NCBI RefSeq assembly: GCF_000195955.2
Contig: NC_000962.3
Coordinates: forward strand, 2,790,001 to 2,822,000
Length of the DNA: 32,000 nt
Reading direction: 5' to 3'
From: Mycobacterium tuberculosis H37Rv
Lineage (GTDB): Bacteria; Actinomycetota; Actinomycetes; Mycobacteriales; Mycobacteriaceae
Positions 10,401-18,082 of the stretch are shown here, piece by piece (within the stretch, counting starts at the first letter, position 1; each line of letters begins with the position of its first letter). The position numbers were made by a program, and so were the translations under genes. Under the pieces are notes generated by a model. That model did no database searches, had not been told where the DNA came from, and worked only from the letters and a program-made list of their open reading frames with translations.

Positions 10401-10880
10401 GGTGCGGTCGATGGTCGGCCCTACGCAGTTGCCCTCGTCGGGTGACGACACCTCCCCGGTGTGCATGCCGATGCGCAGCCGGATCGGTGCCAGCGGCGCC
10501 CGCTGCAAGCCCAGGGCGCACGCCACGGCGTCGGATGCGCGGGCGAACGCCACCAAGAAGCTGTCGCCTTCGCCCTGTTCGACCGGGCAAACCCCGCGGT
10601 GCTCGCGAACCAATTCGGTCAGCGTTCGGTCCAGTTTGGCGATCGCCGTCGTGTCAAGCTGAGACCCCGGCAGGTGGGTCGCGCCCTCGATATCGGCCAG
10701 CAGCAACGTCACCGTGCCCGTCGGTACAAGCTCGCTCACACCATCTGCGCTCCAGTCCACAGGTACCACGTCGACGCCGGGGTGAATCTTGCTCATGCTA
10801 GCCAGCATCGAGCCAGCGCGTAGCGCATTACATCGGCACCTGCGCCTAGATTGCTCGAAATCTCTTGGCCGCCGGTCCAT
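7467..10880 (-). CDS. Large regulator: nucleotidyl cyclase homology domain, NB-ARC/STAND ATPase, TPR-like region and C-terminal LuxR HTH; 1137 aa if started at 10880. Rv2488c-like
   Basis: [15 protein letters not shown] (cyclase), [20 protein letters not shown] (Walker A), [13 protein letters not shown] (Walker B), [48 protein letters not shown] (LuxR HTH). Start codon is ambiguous (see findings); 10808 and 10796 are alternatives. Confidence 0.9.
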   Translation of the reverse strand: [1137 protein letters not shown]

Positions 10881-11208
10881 GTGTTCTACGCGCTTTAGTC
10901 GATGCATTCGGCGACCGGCGTGCCATCGCGGCGGACCTACAGTGCCCGTGCTGTCCGCTGGCAATTGTGAGTCCCCCAGTGCTGGCAGCATCGCCCGCAA
11001 GAACCGACACGACCGCATCGTGGGCGGTGCCGTCGAAGTCGCCGGCTGACCGATCGGCGGAGTCACCGGCCCGATGGGGTTTCCGAAGGCTAGGGAATGA
11101 TGACGATGGGGCGGCCGCCTCGGCCGCCTTCGCCGTAACCCCCAACCATGCGGAAAACGAGCCTAGCGTCGCCCGGCCGCGCAGAGCGAGCCATCGCGGT
11201 GGCGCCAA
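10846..11208 (-). CDS. Small alanine-rich hypothetical ORF (Rv2489c-like), doubtful
   Basis: Open frame of up to 120 aa with no recognisable domain. Its 3' end overlaps the 5' region of the regulator gene. Confidence 0.25.
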   Translation of the reverse strand: MAPPRWLALRGRATLGSFSAWLGVTAKAAEAAAPSSSFPSLRKPHRAGDSADRSAGDFDGTAHDAVVSVLAGDAASTGGLTIASGQHGHCRSAAMARRSPNASTKARRTHGPAAKRFRAI

Positions 11209-11253
11209 CGACAGGAAGCGATCCGGATTCTCTGACCATGGTGGGTGTTCTGG

Positions 11254-14200
11254 CTACGTGACGTTAACGGAGATGGAGGGGCCGCCTTCGCCGCCTTCAC
11301 CGCCGGAACCGCCGGAGCCAGGGTCGCCCCTCCCGTTGCCGGAGCCACCCGACTCGCCCGACGAGCCGACGCCGCCGGAGGTCAAGCCACCGGCACCGCG
11401 TCCGCCGTCACCTCCGCGCCCGCCGTCCCCGCCGTCACCGCCGCCGATGCTGCGAGGCGGAGGGGCGCCGAAGCCGCCGGAGCCGCCGGTCCCGCCGTCG
11501 CCTCCGTCACCACCGGGGGCGCCACCGTCTCGCCCGGCCCCACCCAAGCCGCCGTTGCCGCCGTTGCCACCCGGCCCGCCGTCGCCTGCATCAGCAAAGC
11601 TGCCGTTGCCGTCCCCACCGTGACCGCCGTTCCCGCCGTCGCCTCCGTCACCGCCGGGGGCGCCGAAGCCGGCCTTGCCGTGCGCGCCACTTGTGGAACC
11701 GAAACCGCCTTGTCCGCCGGGGCGGCCCCACCCGCCGTCGCCGCCGTCACCTCCGTCGCCGCCAGGCTCTCCGTCAAAATCCGCGAGATAGGTAAAGCCG
11801 TCACCGCCCAAGCCACCATTACCAGCGTCCCCGCCCGACCCGCCGTCACCGCCGTCCCCGCCAACGCCTCGATTGCCGACCTCGCCGGCGGGTGCCGACC
11901 CGCCGGCCCCGCCGTTTCCGCCGGCGCCGCCCCACCCGCCGTAGCCACCGTCGCCGCCGTCGCCGCCGTCGCGGCCCGTCGTTTCGTTAATGTCAAAGCC
12001 GTCAACGCCGTTACCGCCGACCCCACCAGCCCCGCCTAGGCCTCCGGCCCCGCCGTCACCACCGTCGCCGGTCTGAGTTCCGCCGGCGCCACCGGCCCCG
12101 CCGTCGCCTCCCGCCCCACCGCTGCCGCCGTCGAAGCCGTCGAAGCCCTTTAGGTCGGAGTCGGGCGACCAACCCGCGCCACCGGCCGCGCCGTTGCCTC
12201 CCTGGCCGCCGGTTCCGCCGCCGCCGTTCATCCCGGCGTCGCCGCCCGCCCCGCCGTGTCCACCAACCCCGCCGCCGCCGCCGGGGCTGCCGCCCCGGCC
12301 AGCCCCACCTTGGCCGCCGGCTCCGCCGTTCCCGCCGTCGCCCAGAAATGCTCCGCCGGCGCCACCAGCCCCACCGGCGCCACCAGCCCCACCGTTGCCG
12401 CCAGCAACGGTGAGCCCTCCGAGGGCACCGTGCGCGCCGTCGCCACCCTTGCCGCCGTCACCGCCGTCACCGATGTCGCCGGCGTCACCGCCCTTGCCTC
12501 CAGCCCCACCGGCCCCGCCATCACCGCCGAGAGCTTCGGCAGCGGTGCCGTCGGCCCCATCACCACCGGCTCCGCCGTCCCCGAATAGCCCGGCGTTGCC
12601 GCCGTCACCGCCCTGGCCGCCGTCGCCGCCGGCCGCGGCGGCCTTGGCACCGTTGCCGCCGACGCCGCCGTCGCCGCCGGTCAGTGGCCCGTGTTTGCTG
12701 GCGTCCACGCCGTTGGCCGCGGAGGTGCCGTTGCCGCTGTCACCCCCCAGACCGCCGCGACCGCCTGCGCCGGGGTCACCGCCGTTACCGCCCGCTCCGC
12801 CGGCGCCGCCGACGGTGATACCAATGCCGCCGTTGCCGCCGGCCCCGCCAACGCCGCCGGCGCCGCCGAGTCCGCCGTCGCCACCGACCCCACCGGTGCC
12901 GTGACTGCCGACCGTCCCCGAAGGTGCGGCCCCGCCGACCCCACCGTCCCCGCCATGTCCACCGACCCCGCCGGCACCGCCATCGCCGCCACCACCGCCG
13001 GCCCCACCGGTGCCGCCGATACTGTCGATACCGTTGGCGCCCCTGGCCCCGGCCCCACCGCTAGCGCCCACACCGCCGTTGCCGCCGGCCCCGCCGTTGC
13101 CGCCGGCACCGCCGTCACCCGACACCGACCCACCGGCGCCACCGGCACCACCGGCACCACCGGCACCGCCGGCCTGCCCCGCGTCGCCCTGACCCCCGTT
13201 GCCTCCCGGTTGGCCGAGGGCGAGGGCATCTGAACCAGGCGCGCCCGAATTGGCCCCGTTGGCGCCGGCCGCGCCATCGCCACCATTGCCGCCGGCGCCA
13301 CCATCGCCGACCCGGCCGGCATTGCCGCCGTCGCCTCCGTTGCCCCCGGCGCCGCCCGCGACGCTGGCTTGCGCACCGTTGCCACCGTTACCACCGTTGC
13401 CGCCGCTGCCGGGCCCGTGGTCGCTGGCGTCCACACCGCTGGCCGCGCGGGTGCCGTTGCCGCTGTCGCCGCCCAAGCCGCCGAGGCCTCCCGCGCCGGG
13501 GTCACCGCCGTCACCGCCGTCCCCGCCATCACTGCCATGACCGCCGTCACCGCCGTTGCCGCCGGCTCCGCCGAGCCCGCCGTCACCGCCAACGCCGCCG
13601 ACACCGTGGCTGCCGACCTGACCCGCGGGTGCGGCCCCGCCGGCGCCGCCATCACCGCCGGGCCCGCCGTCACCGCCAACGCCGCCGACACCGCCGTCGC
13701 CGCCTTTCCCGCCGGCGCCTCCAACGGCCTCAGCGCTGTCGGCGCCGGAGGCGCCCTTGCCGCCGCCGCCACCACTAGCTCCGGCACCACCCGCACCGCC
13801 GGCCCCGCCCTTGCCACCGGGTCCACCGTCGCCCGACACCGACCCACCGGCGCCACCGGCTCCGCCGGCACCGCCCGCGCCGCCGGCCTGCCCCGCATCG
13901 CCTCGACCGCCGTTGCCGCCACTACCTAACGCCGAACTCCCGGCACCACCGTCACCGCCGGCACCGCCCGCGCCGCCACCGCCAACGCCGCCTTGACCGC
14001 CGTTGGCCTCGCTTCCTTCGCCCGGTTGCCCCGAGAGGGTGCCGTCGGCGCCGTCCTCACCTACGTTCGCGCCATTCGCACCGGCCGCGCCGCTACCACC
14101 GTCGCCGCCGGCCCCGCCGTCACCGACCAACCCGCCGTTACCACCGGCACCGCCCTTGCCGCCGTTCGCGCCAGCCACGGTGGCGTCGGCGCCGTTACCG

Positions 14201-16236
14201 CCCTTGCCGCCGTTGCCACCACTGTGCACGGTAGCGCCGGTCGCGCCGGTCACACCCTCGGTGGCGCCGGCGCCGCCGGCGCCACCCTTCCCACCGGCGC
14301 CTGGGTCACCACCATCGCCGCCGGCCCCACCGTCACCATCCTTGAAAGCCATGTCGCCGCGGCCACCGCTGCCCCCGTTACCGGGCGCCCCACCAGCCCC
14401 GCCGGCACCACCGTCCCCGCCAACACCCTGGCTGCCCGCCCGACCCGCAGGTGCGTCACCGCCAGCCCCACCGGCCCCACCGTCACCGCCGCGACCGCCG
14501 GCTCCGCCATCACCACCGTTGCCGCCGTCAGATACGAGCACAGCATTGAAACCGTGAGCTCCGTTACCACCGGCCCCGCCGGCCCCACCGTTGCCGCCGG
14601 CACCGCCGGCCCCGCCATCGCCGGCGTGGGCCCCACCCGCGCCGCCGGCCCCACCGGCCCCGCCGTTACCTCCATCCTCACCGGGGGTACCGGATGAACC
14701 CAGGAAGATCGCCGTCATATCGGCATAGCCGGCACCCGCGGCTCCGTCACCGCCATGACCGCCGGCCCCACCGTCACCGACCAACCCGCCGTTGCCACCG
14801 GCACCGCCGTTACCGCCATGACCGCCGGCGACCGGTGCGTGGGCGCCATTGCCACCTTTGCCGCCGTTGCCGCCGCTGACCGGCCCGTCGTTGCCGGCCG
14901 CCAGACCATTGGCCCCCGCGCGAGCACCGGCGCCGCCCGACGCCCCCCCGGCTCCGCCAGCCCCACCCAGGCCCGGGTCGCCACCGTGACCGCCGGCCCC
15001 GCCGTCACCGGCGGCCAGCCAACTGCCACCGTTGCCGCCGGCACCGCCGTCACCAGGCGCTCCACCCAGCCCCCCACCCCCGCCAGCCCCGCCGTCTCCG
15101 GCCCGGCCGACATACCCCAATAGTCCAGCCGACCCGCCAGCACCCCCGGCGCCGCCCACGCCGCCGTTTCCGCCGGCACCGCCATTGCCGCCGGCGCCGC
15201 CGTCACCGCCGGCCGCCGAGATACCGGCCGGCCCATTTATTCCGGTAGCCCCGGCACCGCCGGCACCGCCGGCCGCACCGGCACCACCGGCCCCGCCGAC
15301 ACCGCCAACGCCACCGGCGCCGCCGTTACCGAGAAGCCACCCTCCCCGACCACCGTTGCCGCCCACCCCACCGGCACCGCCATCGCCCCCGTCCGACCCT
15401 GCCAAACCGTCACCGCCGGCACCGTCGTCCGACCCGGCAACACCAGCCGCCCCATCCTGACCGGGCGTAGCACCGTTGGCCCCGGCCGCACCTACACCAC
15501 CCACGCCGCCAGCGCCCCCATGACCAAACCACCCCGCGTTACCGCCCGCGCCGCCGGCGCCACCACCAGCCCCACCGGCACCACCGGCGCCGCCGTTGCC
15601 GAACAGGCCCGCGTTGCCACCCGCCCCGCCGGCGCCACCACCAGCCCCACCCATACCGCCGACGCCGCCCCCACCCGCCAGCCATCCACCCGTCCCGCCG
15701 GTACCTCCGGGTGCGCCCGCCCCGCCCGCGCCACCGGCGCCGCCGATCCCAAATAACCCGGCCGCCCCGCCGGCGCCGCCCACCTGCCCGACGGCACCGG
15801 CAGCGCCGTTGCCGCCATTGCCGAACAACAATCCACCGGCCCCACCGGGCTGCCCAGGCGCTGTCCCGTGCGCACCATCGCCGATCAGCGGGCGTCCCAG
15901 TAGCGTCTGGGTGGGCGCATTCACGGCTCCGAGCACGACTCGCATCGCCGCGGCGTTGGCGATCTCGGTGGCCGTGTACCACCTCGCGGCCGCGGTCAGC
16001 GTGTGCACGAACTGGTCGTGAAACGCCGCGGCCTGCGCACTTAGCGCCTGATACTCCTGAGCGTGCGCGCTGAACAACGCCGCGATGCCCGCCGACACCT
16101 CGTCGGCGCCGGCGGCCACCACTTCCGTCGTCGGCATCGCCGCGACCGCACTAGCCGCGCTCACCTGCGAACCAATACGCGCCAGATCAAAAGCCGCAGT
16201 TGCCATCATCTCCGGCGTCGCGATCACATATGACAT
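11254..16236 (-). CDS. PE_PGRS43: PE_PGRS family protein, about 1660 aa
   Basis: PE domain [66 protein letters not shown]..., a linker [22 protein letters not shown], then more than 1500 aa of PGRS repeats ending [10 protein letters not shown]. Confidence 0.95.
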   Translation of the reverse strand: MSYVIATPEMMATAAFDLARIGSQVSAASAVAAMPTTEVVAAGADEVSAGIAALFSAHAQEYQALSAQAAAFHDQFVHTLTAAARWYTATEIANAAAMRVVLGAVNAPTQTLLGRPLIGDGAHGTAPGQPGGAGGLLFGNGGNGAAGAVGQVGGAGGAAGLFGIGGAGGAGGAGAPGGTGGTGGWLAGGGGVGGMGGAGGGAGGAGGNAGLFGNGGAGGAGGAGGGAGGAGGNAGWFGHGGAGGVGGVGAAGANGATPGQDGAAGVAGSDDGAGGDGLAGSDGGDGGAGGVGGNGGRGGWLLGNGGAGGVGGVGGAGGAGAAGGAGGAGATGINGPAGISAAGGDGGAGGNGGAGGNGGVGGAGGAGGSAGLLGYVGRAGDGGAGGGGGLGGAPGDGGAGGNGGSWLAAGDGGAGGHGGDPGLGGAGGAGGASGGAGARAGANGLAAGNDGPVSGGNGGKGGNGAHAPVAGGHGGNGGAGGNGGLVGDGGAGGHGGDGAAGAGYADMTAIFLGSSGTPGEDGGNGGAGGAGGAGGAHAGDGGAGGAGGNGGAGGAGGNGAHGFNAVLVSDGGNGGDGGAGGRGGDGGAGGAGGDAPAGRAGSQGVGGDGGAGGAGGAPGNGGSGGRGDMAFKDGDGGAGGDGGDPGAGGKGGAGGAGATEGVTGATGATVHSGGNGGKGGNGADATVAGANGGKGGAGGNGGLVGDGGAGGDGGSGAAGANGANVGEDGADGTLSGQPGEGSEANGGQGGVGGGGAGGAGGDGGAGSSALGSGGNGGRGDAGQAGGAGGAGGAGGAGGSVSGDGGPGGKGGAGGAGGAGASGGGGGKGASGADSAEAVGGAGGKGGDGGVGGVGGDGGPGGDGGAGGAAPAGQVGSHGVGGVGGDGGLGGAGGNGGDGGHGSDGGDGGDGGDPGAGGLGGLGGDSGNGTRAASGVDASDHGPGSGGNGGNGGNGAQASVAGGAGGNGGDGGNAGRVGDGGAGGNGGDGAAGANGANSGAPGSDALALGQPGGNGGQGDAGQAGGAGGAGGAGGAGGSVSGDGGAGGNGGAGGNGGVGASGGAGARGANGIDSIGGTGGAGGGGGDGGAGGVGGHGGDGGVGGAAPSGTVGSHGTGGVGGDGGLGGAGGVGGAGGNGGIGITVGGAGGAGGNGGDPGAGGRGGLGGDSGNGTSAANGVDASKHGPLTGGDGGVGGNGAKAAAAGGDGGQGGDGGNAGLFGDGGAGGDGADGTAAEALGGDGGAGGAGGKGGDAGDIGDGGDGGKGGDGAHGALGGLTVAGGNGGAGGAGGAGGAGGAFLGDGGNGGAGGQGGAGRGGSPGGGGGVGGHGGAGGDAGMNGGGGTGGQGGNGAAGGAGWSPDSDLKGFDGFDGGSGGAGGDGGAGGAGGTQTGDGGDGGAGGLGGAGGVGGNGVDGFDINETTGRDGGDGGDGGYGGWGGAGGNGGAGGSAPAGEVGNRGVGGDGGDGGSGGDAGNGGLGGDGFTYLADFDGEPGGDGGDGGDGGWGRPGGQGGFGSTSGAHGKAGFGAPGGDGGDGGNGGHGGDGNGSFADAGDGGPGGNGGNGGLGGAGRDGGAPGGDGGDGGTGGSGGFGAPPPRSIGGGDGGDGGRGGDGGRGAGGLTSGGVGSSGESGGSGNGRGDPGSGGSGGEGGEGGPSISVNVT
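12901..14450 (-). repeat. Higher-order tandem repeat inside the PGRS domain of PE_PGRS43
   Basis: A block of about 0.7 kb recurs: GTGACTGCCGAC at 12901 and GTGGCTGCCGAC at 13606 (705 bp apart). GACACCGACCCACCGGCGCCACCGG at 13121 and 13835 (714 bp apart). A more degenerate copy lies near 14430. Protein markers are [32 protein letters not shown] and [13 protein letters not shown]. Confidence 0.75.
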
Positions 16237-16322
16237 CTCGCACCTACCCAATAGCCCGACCGTCGCCGCGCCGCTCCCGCTGCGACTAGTGACCCCTTGG
16301 TCTCTTGAGCCAGCGACCCCAA

Positions 16323-16514
16323 CTACCGCCGCGACAGGCCTTGTTCTGATTTGCCGCGACGACCTCCCAGGTGGGTCGAACCCACTCTGTCGGCCAGCAG
16401 CAATGCCACCGAACCCGCCGCCACCGGATTGCCCACGTCGTCTTTGCTGACTTTGCTGCAGTCCAGAGGTGCCACGTCGGCACCCGGGTCAATCTCGCGC
16501 ATGCCAGCCAGCAT
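16323..16514 (-). pseudogene. Internally deleted paralogue of the cyclase/STAND/LuxR regulator: first ~45 codons fused to last ~12 codons
   Basis: [49 protein letters not shown] aligns with [46 protein letters not shown] of the 7467-10880 gene. It is followed directly by [12 protein letters not shown], matching that protein's C-terminus [12 protein letters not shown]. An in-frame GTG at 16529 could extend it 5 codons. Confidence 0.8.
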
Positions 16515-16664
16515 CGAGCCAGCGGGCACCGCAATACATCAGCACGTGTGACTAGATTGCTCCGAATTCTGTCGAACGCGGGTCCGCGTGATCTGCGCGT
16601 TTCGGTCGATGCTTTCGGCAGCCCGGCCTCCGATCATTAACGAACCCGAGACGAGGAGAGCGCC

Positions 16665-17288
16665 ATGGTCGACACGAGCGCGCCCGCCAGCCGGCTGGAC
16701 ACCGATCCGCGCCGCGCTCATGTGAGTCTTAGTAAGCACCCCTACCAGATTGGAGTTTTCGGGTCCGGAACAATTGGTCCGAGAGTCTACGAACTGGCCT
16801 ATCAAGTCGGTGCCGAGATCGCAAAGCAAGGCCACATTCTCATCAGTGGCGGGATGACTGGCACAATGGAAGCCTCCTCACGGGGTGCGTCGGACGCCGA
16901 CGGCCTTGTCGTCGGCGTCCTGCCGGGCGACAAGTTTACCGATGGCAATGCCTATTCCACGATAAAGATTCTGAGCGGTATGCAGTTTGCTCGTAACTAC
17001 ATAACAGGTTTGAGCTGCCACGGAGCAATTGTCGTCGGCGGCTCGAGCGGCGCCTATGAAGAAGCCCGTCGTGTCTGGGAAGGCCGTGGCCCCGTGGTGG
17101 TTCTAGCGAACAGCGGATCGCCAACGGGTGCGTCTGCGCAAATGCTGTCCATGCAGGAAATCTTTGGGGTCGCCTTTCCGGAGGACAAACCCAAGCCCTG
17201 GCGAGTCTTTTCGGCGGCAACCCCCGCCGAATCGGTGTCGCTTGTCATTGGCCTGATCCGGAAAGGATATGCCCAACATGAGCCGTAG
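16665..17288 (+). CDS. SLOG/LOG-like Rossmann-fold protein (TIGR00725-type), 207 aa, Rv2491-like
   Basis: QIGVFGSGTIGPRVYELAYQVGAEIAKQGHILISGGMTGTMEASSRGASDADGLVVGVLPGD matches the SLOG N-terminal pattern. GAIVVGGSSGAYEEARRVWEGRGPVVVL matches the GGxxGxxxE block. GAGGAGAG ribosome-binding site. Confidence 0.85.
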   Translation: MVDTSAPASRLDTDPRRAHVSLSKHPYQIGVFGSGTIGPRVYELAYQVGAEIAKQGHILISGGMTGTMEASSRGASDADGLVVGVLPGDKFTDGNAYSTIKILSGMQFARNYITGLSCHGAIVVGGSSGAYEEARRVWEGRGPVVVLANSGSPTGASAQMLSMQEIFGVAFPEDKPKPWRVFSAATPAESVSLVIGLIRKGYAQHEP

Positions 17289-18030
17289 GATAATTAACGA
17301 GTTCGGAGTACAGATCTACGGGGCCACGATAGGTGACACCTGGGCCGGGCTGGTCAGGGCGGTGCTTGACCTTGGGTCTCAGTGTTTTGACGAAGACCGA
17401 GAGCGTATAGCGCTGTCCAACGTCCGCATCAAGTCTTCGGTGCAGAATTATCCCGATCTCACTATTGAAGAACATTGCAACAGCGCCCAACTAAAGGCCA
17501 TGCTAGATTTCATGTTCAACACCGATACCATGGAGGATATCGATGTGGTCAAGAGCTTCAGTCGTGGCGCAAAAAGCTACCATCGCCGGATAAAAGAAGG
17601 ACGAATGATTGAGTTCGTAATTGAGCGACTGAGTCTAATTCCGGAAAGCAAGAAAGCAGTGGTCGTGTTCCCGACTTACGAGGATTACGCGGCGGTCATG
17701 CGTAATCATCGAGACGATTACTTGCCTTGCCTTGTTTCGATACAGTTCCGCTTGTTGCCAGACGGCAAAGATTACGTCTTCCACACGACGTTCTATTCGC
17801 GGTCCATGGACGCCTGGCAAAAAGGTCACGGCAATCTTTTGTCTATCGCCAAGCTATCGGATTGGGTGCGAGAGAACGTCAGTGCGCGCATTGGGCGCAA
17901 GATCATGCTTGGCCCGCTTGATGGCATGATTTGTGATGTTCATATCTACAAGGAGACGTATGCAGAGGCTTGCAAGCGTTTGGCCAACCTCGACCTTAGG
18001 CGAACACAATTTGACGCGGTGCGGAATTAG
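17278..18030 (+). CDS. Thymidylate synthase/pyrimidine-nucleotide hydroxymethylase-like protein, 250 aa, Rv2492-like
   Basis: Signature order of the TS fold read by eye: GDTWAGLVRAVLDLG; ERLSLIPESKKAVVVF (TS NPxSRRxxV); LPC151LVSIQFRLLPDGK (TS PCxxxxQF); FYSRSMD (TS xxRSxD); GHGNLLSIAKL (Asn); LDGMICDVHIY (TS GDxHxY). No database check performed. Confidence 0.7.
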   Translation: MSRRIINEFGVQIYGATIGDTWAGLVRAVLDLGSQCFDEDRERIALSNVRIKSSVQNYPDLTIEEHCNSAQLKAMLDFMFNTDTMEDIDVVKSFSRGAKSYHRRIKEGRMIEFVIERLSLIPESKKAVVVFPTYEDYAAVMRNHRDDYLPCLVSIQFRLLPDGKDYVFHTTFYSRSMDAWQKGHGNLLSIAKLSDWVRENVSARIGRKIMLGPLDGMICDVHIYKETYAEACKRLANLDLRRTQFDAVRN

Positions 18031-18061
18031 TGAGGACGCTAAGCCTCCCCAGCTGATGCGT

Positions 18062-18077
18062 TGATGCGCTAGCATCA
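18062..18077. promoter_or_regulatory. Palindrome overlapping the predicted -10 of vapBC38 (putative autoregulatory operator)
   Basis: TGATGC-GCTA-GCATCA, with an additional direct TGATGCG at 18054. TANNNT element TAGCAT at 18070-18075, followed by the GTG start at 18083. Confidence 0.55.
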
Positions 18078-18082
18078 GGGCT

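Noticed and set aside
12194-14697. Many long + strand ORFs with poly-Pro/Ala or Thr/Gly composition opposite PE_PGRS43 (for example 12194..12904, 13993..14697, 11245..12039)
   Set aside because: These are shadow frames of the GC-rich Gly-Gly-Ala PGRS coding repeat on the minus strand. No domains or independent start context.
5301-16236. PGRS repeats considered as a possible CRISPR-like or satellite array
   Set aside because: The repeats are in-frame short GGx codon repeats with no constant repeat/unique spacer structure. They are protein-coding.
16539-16835. 98-aa minus-strand ORF opposite the SLOG gene start
   Set aside because: Lies antisense to the conserved SLOG N-terminus and shows no motif. 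It only reflects the divergent intergenic region plus a shadow frame.
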